This document shows positions 11,853 to 21,606 of a stretch of 64,000 nucleotides of DNA, piece after piece. Source of the stretch: an uncultured Chloroflexia bacterium (GTDB lineage Bacteria; Chloroflexota; Limnocylindria; Limnocylindrales; CSP1-4). Position 1 is the stretch's first letter, and every line of letters begins with the position of its first letter. Both the position numbers and the translations under genes were made by a program. The DNA lies in contig CAWHXD010000019.1 in NCBI GenBank assembly GCA_963833225.1, positions 832,001 to 896,000 on the forward strand. The letters run 5' to 3'. A model generated the notes under the pieces. That model made no database searches. It was given only the letters and a program-made list of their open reading frames with translations, and had not been told where the DNA came from.

Positions 11853-12879
11853 CGGGATCCGGCGCCCCGACGACGCCGTCCGGACCCTGGAGTCAGAGCC
11901 ACATCGCCGGCACAACGCACTGACCGACGAATGGGTGCTCGTGTCGGCCGGCCGAACGAGGCGGCCGTGGCTGGGTGCCGAGGAGCCGGAGCCCCCTGAG
12001 CGCCGGCCGGCCTACGACCAGGACTGCTACCTGTGCCCGGGCAACACGCGCGTCAACGGGGCAGCGAACCCCGCCTATGACGCCACCTTCGTGTTCACCA
12101 ACGACTTCGCGGCGCTCCAGCCCGATACCTCCGACGCACGCGTCGAAGCCGGCCTGTTCCGTGCCGAGGGAACGCGGGGTACGTGCCGGGTCGTCTGCTT
12201 CTCCCCCCGCCACGACCTGACGCTGGCCGGCATGACCGAACCCGAGATCCGCCGGATCGTCGATGTCTGGGCCGATGAGACCATGAAGCTCGGCAGCCGG
12301 TTCCGGTGGGTCCAGGTGTTCGAGAACCACGGCGAGGCCATGGGCGCGTCCAACCCCCATCCTCACGGCCAGATCTGGGCGGGGGACGCGCTCCCGGTTG
12401 AGGCGGCGAAGGAGGACGGCGCCCAGCGCCGCCATCACGGGGAGACGGGCCGAAGGTTGCTGGCGGACTACGCTCAGGCCGAGCGCGGCGGGCCGCGCGC
12501 GATCAATGAGACCCCGGGCTGGCTCGTCGTGGTCCCGTTCTGGGCCTCCTGGCCGTTCGAGACCATGCTCATCCCGACCGGGCCCGCCGCGCGGCTCACC
12601 GACCTCGACGACGGCCAGCGGGACGGTCTTGCGGCTGCCCTCCGCGATCTCACCCGGCGCTACGACGCCCTGTTCGGGCGTCGGTTCCCGTACTCGATGG
12701 GCTGGCATCAGGCCCCGTTCGACGGTGCGGGGATCGACCACTGGCAGGTCCACGCGCACTTCTACCCGCCGCTGCTGCGTGCCACCGTGCGCAAGTTCAT
12801 GGTCGGCTACGAGCTGCTGGCCGAGCCGCAGCGTGACATCACGGCTGAGGAGGCCGCCGAGCGGCTGCTGGCGATGTAG
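11842..12879 (+). CDS. galT: Galactose-1-phosphate uridylyltransferase
   Basis: HRRHNALTDEWVLVS, CYLCPGN, SNPHPHGQIW and RKFMVGYE motifs. The GTG start overlaps the end of the DeoR gene. Confidence 0.93.
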   Translation: MRTDGIRRPDDAVRTLESEPHRRHNALTDEWVLVSAGRTRRPWLGAEEPEPPERRPAYDQDCYLCPGNTRVNGAANPAYDATFVFTNDFAALQPDTSDARVEAGLFRAEGTRGTCRVVCFSPRHDLTLAGMTEPEIRRIVDVWADETMKLGSRFRWVQVFENHGEAMGASNPHPHGQIWAGDALPVEAAKEDGAQRRHHGETGRRLLADYAQAERGGPRAINETPGWLVVVPFWASWPFETMLIPTGPAARLTDLDDGQRDGLAAALRDLTRRYDALFGRRFPYSMGWHQAPFDGAGIDHWQVHAHFYPPLLRATVRKFMVGYELLAEPQRDITAEEAAERLLAM

Positions 12880-12978
12880 ACCAGCCACGCATCGCGCTGG
12901 TGGACCGCGGGAGCGTCGCGGGCCCCGAGCCTGAGGCCGCCGCCGTCGGTACGATGGGCTCGAGCGGGGGCACGGAGG

Positions 12979-14403
12979 ATGGCGATGCGCATGTGGGGTG
13001 GCCGCTTCGATGACGAGCCGGACGCGCGAATGGCGGACTTCACGCGCTCGATCGAGATCAATTCCGCGCTCGCGCTGGACGACATCGCCGGCTCCATCGC
13101 TCACGTTCGCGGGCTCGGCCGCGCAGGGCTCCTGACCGAGGACGAGGTGCAGACGCTGGAGCGCGGGCTCGTCTCGCTGCGGGACGACGTCGTCGCCGGC
13201 AACGTCGCCTGGGATCCGGCTCTCGAAGACGTGCACATGAACCTCGAGACGATGCTCACCGAGCGAGTGGGCACCGTGGGCGGGAAGCTGCACACGGGCC
13301 GGTCGCGCAACGACCAGGTCGCCACGGATCTCCGCCTCTGGACGCGCCGGGCCTGCGATCGGCTCGACACCGGGATCGTCGGCCTGGAGCGCGCGCTGGT
13401 CGACCTCGCCGAGCGCGAGGGGGACGCCGTCCTGCCCGGCTCCACCCACGTGCAGCCCGCCCAGCCCGTCCTGCTCGCCCACCACCTGCTCGCGTACGTC
13501 GAGATGCTGGAGCGCGATCGCGGACGGATCGCGGATGCCCGCGCCCGGCTCAACGTCTCGCCGCTGGGCGCCGGGGCGCTCGCCGGAGCCGGCTACCCGC
13601 TCGATCGGGAGACCACGGCTGCCGAGCTGGGCTTCGACGGTGTGACCGCCAACTCGCTCGATGCCGTCTCGGACCGGGACTTCGTGGTCGAGGTGCTGGC
13701 GGCCGCCGCGCTGGCCATGGTCCATCTGAGCAGGCTGGCGGAGGAGATCACCTGGTGGTCCAACCCGCGATTCGGATTCGTCCGGGTCGCCGACGCATTC
13801 TCGACGGGTTCGTCCATGATGCCCAACAAGAAGAACCCGGACCCGGCCGAGCTCGTGCGGGGCCGGGCGGCCGCGACCATCGGCGCCCTGGCCGGGATGC
13901 TGGCGCTGCTCAAGGGGTTGCCGCTCGCCTACCAGCGCGACCTCCAGGAGGACAAGCCACCGCTGTTCGCCGCGGTGTCCACGCTGGATGGGTCGCTCGC
14001 GGTGATGGCCGGCCTGGTCGAGACGCTGGCGATCGATCGGGCGCGGATGCAGGCGGCTGCCGAGGAGGGATACACGACTGCCACCGCCCTCGCCGATACG
14101 CTGGTGCGGCTCGGCGTGCCGTTCCGGGCCGCCCACCACATCGTCGGCGGGCTCGTCGGGGGCGCGGAGGCCGAGGGCATTGCCACGCTTGCCGGACTGC
14201 CCGACGAGGCGTTCCGCTCGGCTCTCGACGGCAGCGACGATCCCACGGCCCGGGATCTCGCTCGCCGCCGGGGAATCGTCGCGCAGCTGCGGGGCGCCGC
14301 GACGCTGGAGGGGGCGCTCGCGGCGGCGGATGTCACGGGTGGGACGGCTCCCTCACGCGTGGCGGCGGCGCTGGGCGCTGCGAAGGAGCGCCTCGGCTCC
14401 TGA
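12979..14403 (+). CDS. argH: Argininosuccinate lyase
   Basis: MWGGRF, LHTGRSRNDQVATD and GSSMMPNKKNPD signature. Confidence 0.96.
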   Translation: MAMRMWGGRFDDEPDARMADFTRSIEINSALALDDIAGSIAHVRGLGRAGLLTEDEVQTLERGLVSLRDDVVAGNVAWDPALEDVHMNLETMLTERVGTVGGKLHTGRSRNDQVATDLRLWTRRACDRLDTGIVGLERALVDLAEREGDAVLPGSTHVQPAQPVLLAHHLLAYVEMLERDRGRIADARARLNVSPLGAGALAGAGYPLDRETTAAELGFDGVTANSLDAVSDRDFVVEVLAAAALAMVHLSRLAEEITWWSNPRFGFVRVADAFSTGSSMMPNKKNPDPAELVRGRAAATIGALAGMLALLKGLPLAYQRDLQEDKPPLFAAVSTLDGSLAVMAGLVETLAIDRARMQAAAEEGYTTATALADTLVRLGVPFRAAHHIVGGLVGGAEAEGIATLAGLPDEAFRSALDGSDDPTARDLARRRGIVAQLRGAATLEGALAAADVTGGTAPSRVAAALGAAKERLGS

Positions 14404-14439
14404 TCGGGGCGCCGGCGAGGCGACCGGCGGCGCGGGGGA

Positions 14440-15339
14440 TCAGATCTCCAGCGTGGTCGCGATCGCCAGGTCGCGGACCAGGTGCGGATCGCGAGCCCAC
14501 GCCCGGGCCAGGATCACGTGCACCTCTGCCGACGCGCGTCCGTGCGGCAGCTCGATCGTGGGCAGGGCGACGTCCGGCACCGTGGCGGTGAACTCGAGCG
14601 CCTGGTCCGTCGTGAGCTCCATGGCCGGCGCGACGACCGCCGACCATGGAACCAGCGTCTCGTCGAGCCCGCCCGAGACGGTGCACTCCACCGCGACCCG
14701 CAGCTCCACGCGGATCTCCTGGAGCCGCATCGGCGAGCCGGGACGGAGCGTGAGGCGGGCACGGAACGGCTGACCCGGCACCAGCGGGACGGGCTCCAGC
14801 CAGATCGACCCGCTGACGTCGCCGGCCTGGGCATCGGCCGCCTCGTACAACGCGAACTCGCCAACGTGGACCACGCCCGCGCGGAGCAGCGCGGTGGGCT
14901 GGAGGATGCGAACCGGGACCTCGACCGAGGCGTCCCTGCCCCCCGCGATGTCCAGCTTCGCCTCGACCGTCCAGTCCACGCCCGCCACCTTCGCCTCGAG
15001 CGTCGCTGGTCCGAGCCCGGGCACCGGGAGCTGGAACGCGAAGGACAGCGTCTCACCTGCCGTCAGCGTCACGGGCGACGCGAGCATGACGGGGACGGAC
15101 GGCAGGTCCTCGCGGCCGGTGCGGGTCTCGGTCCGGGCATGCCCGTCGGCGTCGGTCGTGGTGACCTCGTACCGCCAGTGCTCCCTGCCCCGGAGCGTGA
15201 CCACCAGGCCCCGGGCCTCGACGCCGCGTTGCGCCGTGACCGTGACCCGACCGCCCACCAGTCGCCCCGGCAACAGCCGATCACGATCCAGCTCGAGGCG
15301 CCAGGCGACCCCTCCGTCGATGTGCTCCCACGTCGTCAT
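14440..15339 (-). CDS. Arrestin-like / SpoOM-like tandem beta-sandwich protein
   Basis: Two similar halves (LLPGRLVGGRVTV / LVPGQPFRARLTL, and PATLEAKVAGVDWTVEAKLDI / PTIELPHGRASAEVHVIL). TACCCT -10 lies 7 nt before the ATG. Confidence 0.6.
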   Translation of the reverse strand: MTTWEHIDGGVAWRLELDRDRLLPGRLVGGRVTVTAQRGVEARGLVVTLRGREHWRYEVTTTDADGHARTETRTGREDLPSVPVMLASPVTLTAGETLSFAFQLPVPGLGPATLEAKVAGVDWTVEAKLDIAGGRDASVEVPVRILQPTALLRAGVVHVGEFALYEAADAQAGDVSGSIWLEPVPLVPGQPFRARLTLRPGSPMRLQEIRVELRVAVECTVSGGLDETLVPWSAVVAPAMELTTDQALEFTATVPDVALPTIELPHGRASAEVHVILARAWARDPHLVRDLAIATTLEI

Positions 15340-15373
15340 CGGACCAAGGGTATCGGTAGTGCCCGCCGGGCAC

Positions 15374-15391
15374 ATGGGTTGAACGACCGAT
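15374..15391. promoter_or_regulatory. Candidate LAL-regulator operator (copy 1)
   Basis: ATGGGTTGAACGACCGAT, 15/18 identical to 19344-19361. Confidence 0.55.
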
Positions 15392-15460
15392 GACGGGATC
15401 GGGCCGCGCTGCGACCGTGTCGGCACGGCGCCGTCGCGGCGCCCCCAAGGGAGGTGCCAG

Positions 15461-15709
15461 ATGGCGCAGTTCATGGACGTCCACGAGGGCTTCTTCGGCG
15501 TCACCGCCGAGCAGCTGCGGGAGGCCCACGACCGGGATCTCGCGATCGAGAGGGACGAGGGCGTGCACTTCGAGCGTGCCTGGCTGGACCCTGAGGCAGG
15601 CAAGGTGTTCTGCCTGGCCACGGGTCCGTCGAAGGAGGCCGTGATGCGGATCCACGAGCGGGCCGGCCATCCGACGCCCGATGTCTACGAGCTGACGGTG
15701 GAGGTCTGA
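15461..15709 (+). CDS. DUF4242 / SCO4226-like nickel-binding protein
   Basis: FMDVH...AHDRDL...GKVFCL..GPSKEAV..IHERAGH pattern; GGAGG RBS. Confidence 0.85.
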   Translation: MAQFMDVHEGFFGVTAEQLREAHDRDLAIERDEGVHFERAWLDPEAGKVFCLATGPSKEAVMRIHERAGHPTPDVYELTVEV

Positions 15710-15710
15710 G

Positions 15711-16259
15711 ATGAAGGCCACGATCCAGCGTCCCGCCCGGACGCTCCTGGTCGCCATCGCGGCCACCCTGGGCCTCGTGCTCGCCGTGGGCGGCACGGTG
15801 CTCGGCTCGGAGAACGGGAAGATCGAGGCCGCCCGCCAGGCGACCGCGCGCTATCACGACCTCGACAAGGCCGAGGCCGATGGCTTCGCCAGGTTCTACA
15901 TGTGCACGGACGAGGCCGGGGTCGGAGCGATGGGCCAGCACTTCGTCAACGGCGACCGGGTCGGCAACCCGGCGCTCGACGAGACCAACCCTGAGGTCCT
16001 CGTGTATGCCCCGAAGCCCGGCGGCGGCTACCGCCTCGTGGGCGTCGAGTACGTCGTCATCGCGGCGGACTGGGACGCGCTCCACGCGTCGCCGCCCGTG
16101 CTGTACGGGCGCACCCTCAAGCGGATCCCGGCCGGCAACCGGTACGGCCTGCCGGACTTCTACGAGCTCCACGCGTGGATCTGGCGCCCCAACCCGCGCG
16201 GCATGTTCGACGACTGGAACTCCAGCGTGAGCTGCCTGGGCAACGGCGACCCCGCCTGA
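15711..16259 (+). CDS. Secreted hypothetical protein
   Basis: Signal peptide; GAMGQHFVN, PEVLVY, LVGVEY and LHAWIWRPNPRGMF motifs; begins 1 nt after the DUF4242 stop. Confidence 0.8.
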   Translation: MKATIQRPARTLLVAIAATLGLVLAVGGTVLGSENGKIEAARQATARYHDLDKAEADGFARFYMCTDEAGVGAMGQHFVNGDRVGNPALDETNPEVLVYAPKPGGGYRLVGVEYVVIAADWDALHASPPVLYGRTLKRIPAGNRYGLPDFYELHAWIWRPNPRGMFDDWNSSVSCLGNGDPA

Positions 16260-16373
16260 CGCTCCTCCATGCCCGGCCCCGGCTACCGACAACCTGCGGC
16301 GGCCGGGGCCGGTTCGCGCCCTGCGAGCGTGCTCGTGCCCGGGTCGTGCCCGTGCCGGCGGGCGTGGGTGCGG

Positions 16374-19310
16374 TCAGGTGCGGGTGGGCAGACGATCGCC
16401 GGCGATCGCCGGTCGCGCCGGCGCCGGGGCACGGTCGCCGGCCGCGGGCGCGGCGATGGTCGCGGCCCAGGCTGCGATCTCCGCTCGCCGGATTGCGCCC
16501 AGCTTGGCCAGGATGTGCTCGACGTGCGCGCTCACGGTCTTGGGCGACAGCGCCAGCTCGGTCGCGATCGCCGGGTTGGTCATGCCGTCGGCGATCAGCC
16601 GCGCGACCTCGAACTCCCGGGTCGTCAACGGCCGCCACGGCTCCTCGGTCACGCCCCGGCGACGCGCGATGGCGGCGAGCTCGCCGGCCCGAGCGAGGAT
16701 CGGTTCGCTGCGCAGTCGCTCGCCCGTCACCCGGACCTTCTCGAGCACGGGCAGCGCCTCGGCATGCCGGTTGCCCCGGATGAGGCAGGCCGCCAGGTCG
16801 AGCCGGGCCCAGGTGGCCTCCCAGGTCCGGTCGCGGCCATCCCAGCGCGCGATCGCCTGCTGGAGGCTGGAACGCGCCGAGACGGTGGATCCGGCCGCCA
16901 GCCGGACCAGGCCGTCCGCGTGCTCGAGCGCCGTCGCGGCGCGATCCCAGCCGGCGAGGTGGTCGCGCACGCGTGCCAGCCAGGTCTCGGCCTCGTCCGG
17001 CCGACGCGCCTCGAGGTACGCGCGGACGCCGGTCACGGCGTAGGGCACCAGCAGGGCCCGTTCGCCGGCCCCGAGCGCGAGCCTGAGTCCTTCTTCGCAG
17101 TGCTCGATCGCCCTCCCCGGGTCGCCCGCGACGATGGCCGTCTCCGCCAGGCCCCAGAGCGGGGTGAGCTGCAGGTGCGCCTCGGCCATGCGACGACCGG
17201 AGGCCAGCGAGTCGTCGAGCCATCGCCGAGCCTTGTCGATCTCGCCGCGCCCGAGCGCCACCAGGCCGATCACGTCCAGCGCGCCGACGACACCGCGGCG
17301 ACAGCCCACCTCTGCCAGCTCCTGGCGGGCACGGTCGTCGGCCGCATCCCAGTCGCCGGCAGCCCAGTCGAGCATGGCCCTGGTCGTCGCCATCATCTGC
17401 CGGCAGTGCGACTGCTCGATGGCGTCGGCGTACTGGAGACCCTCGGCCAGGGCCAAATCGGCCGTGGTCCGGTCCATGAGCCGGGCGGCGAGGATCGCCA
17501 GGTTGCGATAGCCGGTGACCCCCACCGACTCGTAGCCGGCAGCCCGCGCTTCCCGGGCGGCACGCAGGCCGTCGCGCATGCCGCGCTCCTCGTCGCCCTC
17601 GACGATGGCGATCCGTGCCATCAGGAGATCCGACTCCAGGACCGTCTCACGATCGTCGATGGAACGGGCGAGCTCGCGCGCGGCCAGCGCATCCCGGCGC
17701 GCTGCCGGGAGATCGGATGCGAGGAAGTGGTCGCTCGCCCGCCACGCGACCAGGATGGCCCGCGCCTGCTCGCGCTCCGGGGATGGGGGCTGGGCCTCGA
17801 CCTCGGCGATCGCCTGCTCGACGACCTGCAGCTGGTCGGCAGACGGAGCCCCTCCGCGCCCCAGGAGGATGGACGTGCCCATCAGCGCCATCGCCGCCTC
17901 GATGGGCCGGTCGGCCTCGAGGAACAGCTCGCGTGCCGTGGCGGAGGCTGTGGCGCAGTCCTCGTTCTGCTCGATCGCGCCGGCGGCACTCGCGAACTCG
18001 TCGTACAGCTCGGCCCGCACGCCGGCAGGCAGGCTGGCCGGCATGTTGGCGATCGCGCGCCGGTACAGCTCGTACGACTCGTGGCGGGCCGAGATCCGGC
18101 CGGCCTCGCGCGCGGCCGCCAGCGAGGTCCGGAACGCCTCGTCGCGCAGGCCGGCCCGCTCGTAATGGCGGGACGCGTGGACGATGCTCGACGCCTGGAG
18201 CGTCATCACGAACTCGGCCGCCTGCGCGTGGAACCGCCGCAGCTCGGACGGCGGGACCGAGCCGTACACCGCGTCGCGGAGCAGCTGGTGCCGGAAGTCG
18301 TAGTAGCCGTGGTCGACGTAGTCGAACGGGTAGAGGATCGCGGCATCGACCAGCTCGCCCAGGCTGGGCTCGACCTCCGCCAGGGGCCGACCGACCAGGC
18401 CCGCGATCACGTCCGGCGTGAAGCAGCGCCCGACCACCGATCCCGCGCGCGCCACCAGTCGGGCGTCCGGCGACAGCCTCGACAGGCGGGCCAGGACGGC
18501 GTCGCCGATGGTGTCGGGCACGCGCGCATCCCGCACGCGGCGGCCGTCGAGGCGGTCGATGTCGTCAAGCGCGGCGATCAGCTCCTCGACGTGCAAAGGG
18601 ATGCCGTTCGTCCGCTCGTACACGGCATCGACCACGTCGCTCGGGGCCGGCAGCTCGCCCCCCAGGAGCAGCGTCGTCATCAGGCCGACCTGGTCCCGGG
18701 TCAGCCGCTGCAGCCGCACCTCCTCCGCGTGGCGCTGGTTGAGCAGGCGTGCCCGCCACTCGCGGTGGATGGTGTTCGACGGGAGCTCGTCCGCTCGGTA
18801 GTCGCCCACGAGGAGCAGCGGCCGTGACGACGCGTGGCGGGCCAGCTCGCCGATGACCTCGAGGCTCACCTCGTCGGTCCAGTGGAGGTCGTCGAAGATC
18901 AGGAGCGTTGGCGTGTCGATCGCCTCGAGGATGCGGTCGGCGGTCGAGCGGACGATGAGCCGACGAGCGCCCAGGGCGTCGCCATCGTGCCGGCCGTCGA
19001 TGGCCAGCAGGTCGTCGGACAGGCTGCCGAAGCCGTCGCCGCGCATGCTGGTCGCCAGCTCGCGGATGGACGCCAGCGGCACCTGGAGGTCGTGGGGGGC
19101 GACAGACCCGGCCGAGACCCGCATGCCCGCCGACCTGGCCTTGTGGGCGATGGCCCGGCTGAGCCGCGTCTTGCCCAGCCCCGCCTGCCCGGACAGCAGC
19201 AGCGCCTGGCCGCGGCCGCCGCACGCTGCTTCGATCCGGCGATCGGCGAGTGCCAGCAGGTCGTCACGACCCACCAGGAGGGGGGAGAGGAGGGGGCCCA
19301 CGCGTCCCAT
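16374..19310 (-). CDS. LAL-family regulator (AAA ATPase + helical repeats + LuxR HTH)
   Basis: GQAGLGKT Walker A, DDLHWTD Walker B, GIPLHVEE, and C-terminal LTTREFEVARLIADGMTN...HVEHILAKLG. Confidence 0.92.
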   Translation of the reverse strand: MGRVGPLLSPLLVGRDDLLALADRRIEAACGGRGQALLLSGQAGLGKTRLSRAIAHKARSAGMRVSAGSVAPHDLQVPLASIRELATSMRGDGFGSLSDDLLAIDGRHDGDALGARRLIVRSTADRILEAIDTPTLLIFDDLHWTDEVSLEVIGELARHASSRPLLLVGDYRADELPSNTIHREWRARLLNQRHAEEVRLQRLTRDQVGLMTTLLLGGELPAPSDVVDAVYERTNGIPLHVEELIAALDDIDRLDGRRVRDARVPDTIGDAVLARLSRLSPDARLVARAGSVVGRCFTPDVIAGLVGRPLAEVEPSLGELVDAAILYPFDYVDHGYYDFRHQLLRDAVYGSVPPSELRRFHAQAAEFVMTLQASSIVHASRHYERAGLRDEAFRTSLAAAREAGRISARHESYELYRRAIANMPASLPAGVRAELYDEFASAAGAIEQNEDCATASATARELFLEADRPIEAAMALMGTSILLGRGGAPSADQLQVVEQAIAEVEAQPPSPEREQARAILVAWRASDHFLASDLPAARRDALAARELARSIDDRETVLESDLLMARIAIVEGDEERGMRDGLRAAREARAAGYESVGVTGYRNLAILAARLMDRTTADLALAEGLQYADAIEQSHCRQMMATTRAMLDWAAGDWDAADDRARQELAEVGCRRGVVGALDVIGLVALGRGEIDKARRWLDDSLASGRRMAEAHLQLTPLWGLAETAIVAGDPGRAIEHCEEGLRLALGAGERALLVPYAVTGVRAYLEARRPDEAETWLARVRDHLAGWDRAATALEHADGLVRLAAGSTVSARSSLQQAIARWDGRDRTWEATWARLDLAACLIRGNRHAEALPVLEKVRVTGERLRSEPILARAGELAAIARRRGVTEEPWRPLTTREFEVARLIADGMTNPAIATELALSPKTVSAHVEHILAKLGAIRRAEIAAWAATIAAPAAGDRAPAPARPAIAGDRLPTRT

Positions 19311-19343
19311 GGCGGGAGTGTAGGGGGCTTGTCCAGCCGTCCC

Positions 19344-19361
19344 ATCGGTCGAACAACCGAT
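19344..19361. promoter_or_regulatory. Candidate LAL-regulator operator (copy 2)
   Basis: Palindrome ATCGGT-N6-ACCGAT upstream of the LAL gene. Confidence 0.55.
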
Positions 19362-19405
19362 ATCCCCCCGCGCTACGATCGAGTCATCGACCAGGAGGAC
19401 CCCGC

Positions 19406-20508
19406 GTGCTCGCCCTCGACACCATCCGCAGCGCGCCCAAGGCGCTGCTCCATGATCACCTCGACGGCGGGCTTCGTCCCGCCACGATCATCGACCTCGC
19501 CCGCGAGCACGGCTACCAGGATCTGCCGACCCACGACGTGGACGACCTGGCGGCGTGGTTCCGGCGCGGCGCCGACCGCAAGAGCCTGGAGCTGTACCTC
19601 GACACCTTCGCTCACACCCTGGGCGTCATGCAGCACCCCGACGCCATCGCGCGGGTCGCGCCGAGTGCGCCGAGGACCTCGCGGCGGACGGGGTGGTCTA
19701 CGCGGAGGTCCGGTTCGCGCCCGAGCTCTCCACCCTGGCCGGGCTGACGCCGGACGAGGTCGTCCGGGCCGTCCTCGAGGGGTACCGGATCGGGATGGAG
19801 CACGCTGCCCGTGACGGTCACCCGATCGTTGTCCGTGCCCTGCTCACGGCCATGCGCCAGGCGGCCCACTCGATGGAGATCGCCGAGCTCGCGGTCCGCC
19901 ACCGCGACGACGGCGTGGTCGGGTTCGACATCGCCGGTCCGGAGGCCGGCTACCGGCCCACGCGCCACCTCGCCGCGTTCGAGCACGTCCGGCGCGAGAA
20001 CTTCCACGTCACGATCCATGCCGGCGAGTCCTTCGGCCTGCCGTCGATCTGGGAGGCGCTCCAGATCTGCGGCGCGGAGCGGCTGGGCCACGGTCTCCGG
20101 ATCATCGACGACATCACGGTCGCGCCGGACGGGACGGCGCACCTCGGGCGCATTGCCGCGTTCGTGCGCGACACGCGGGTGCCGCTGGAGCTGTGCCCGA
20201 CCTCCAACGTCCACACCGGCGGCGTGGGATCGGTGGCCGAGCATCCCTTCGATCTCCTGCGCCGGCTCCGCTTCCGGGTCACGGTCAACACCGACAACCG
20301 GCTGATGAGCGGCGTCTCCGCCTCGAGCGAGTTCAAGGCGCTCGACGAGGCATTCGGCCTCGACCTGGACGAGATGCAGTGGCTGACGATCAACGCCCTC
20401 AAGTCCGCGTTCATCCCGTTCGATGAGCGCCTGTTCCTGATCAACGAGGTCGTCAAGCCGGCCTATGCCCGGCTGCAGCAGACGGAAATGGAGTGGCCCG
20501 CTGGCTGA
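19406..20508 (+). CDS. add: Adenosine deaminase (frameshift near 19660)
   Basis: [29 protein letters not shown] and VNTDN motifs; AGGAGG RBS. Confidence 0.9.
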
Positions 20509-20893
20509 GATCGAGCGCATCTTCACGGTCTTCGCGGGCGCGGACGCCGCGTTCGATTTCCTGGCGGACCCGGTCCACCTGCCCGAGTACGTCTCGACCA
20601 TGCGGCTCGAGGACTCGACCGCGGTCGAGGGGGAGCTCGACGTGGACGCGGACCTCGCCGAACGCGCCGGTGCGCCCGAGGCAGGCTTCGTCGCCGATCG
20701 GGCGACGCGGCGGATCGTCTGGGGCCGGCCGGGTGCCGACTACGGCGGATCGATCACGGTAGAAGCCGGGTCGTCGAGCTCATCGAGCGTGACCATCCGG
20801 CTGCGCATGCGGGATGACGCCGACGCCGAAGCGGTGGCCCGCATCGTGGACCAGGCCGTGTCCAGCCTCCGCCGGCTGCTGCTGCCGCGCTAG
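20465..20893 (+). CDS. SRPBCC family protein (true start probably near 20501)
   Basis: [17 protein letters not shown]; C-terminal helix AVSSLRRLL. Confidence 0.7.
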   Translation: MPGCSRRKWSGPLAEIERIFTVFAGADAAFDFLADPVHLPEYVSTMRLEDSTAVEGELDVDADLAERAGAPEAGFVADRATRRIVWGRPGADYGGSITVEAGSSSSSSVTIRLRMRDDADAEAVARIVDQAVSSLRRLLLPR

Positions 20894-20970
20894 GCTCGCG
20901 CGCATCCGCGCCGGACCACCGGCACCATCACCGGCGGCACCCTCACCGGCGGCACGCGCACCGGCGAGGG

Positions 20971-21483
20971 TCATTCGATCGGCGCGAAGATCTCCGTCCG
21001 CCAGGTCGCGGGATCCGGGTCGGTCACGGGATCGGACCAGTAGACCTCCCACAGTGGCCCGGTCGCCCGCAGGCCAAGCTCCCCCAGCCAGCGCGTGAGG
21101 AGCCCGTACGTCTGCTCGAGCCCGTCGTACGGCCCGACATGGACCACCGAGGCGACGCGCCCGCCGGGCAGCCTCCCGGGTCCGACTCGACCGACGTCGG
21201 GGGCAGGGCGCCGCACCGGGAACCCGACCTCGGCACGGATCCGCGGCTCGAAGGCGAGATACCGGGCGAAGGGTGGCCCGGCAAGCTCCACGCCAGCGGT
21301 TTCCATCGCGGCCGCTACCTCGCCGATGGCGTGGCCGATCGCGTCGGGGAACTCGCTCTTCGCCGCGTCGATGGCGACGATGGCAGTCTCGCGCATCGGG
21401 AGGCGGTGGATCTCGGGCTCAGCGTGCGCGCGATCACCCACTGGCCGCGGCTCGTCGATGCCAGGGTGCTGCAGGTCGGTCAT
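20971..21483 (-). CDS. GyrI-like small-molecule-binding protein
   Basis: HVGPYDGL and WEVYWSDP...WRTEI motifs; AGGAGG RBS. Confidence 0.85.
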   Translation of the reverse strand: MTDLQHPGIDEPRPVGDRAHAEPEIHRLPMRETAIVAIDAAKSEFPDAIGHAIGEVAAAMETAGVELAGPPFARYLAFEPRIRAEVGFPVRRPAPDVGRVGPGRLPGGRVASVVHVGPYDGLEQTYGLLTRWLGELGLRATGPLWEVYWSDPVTDPDPATWRTEIFAPIE

Positions 21484-21606
21484 CTCGTCCTCCTGCGGGG
21501 CACGCTGCGCCCTCGACCCGGCGCGCACCAGTAGCCCGCGGCGTATCGACAGCAGGCGGTTCGGCCCAAACGGCACCGACACGCGAACCGGCGCCGGGCG
21601 GGAGCC

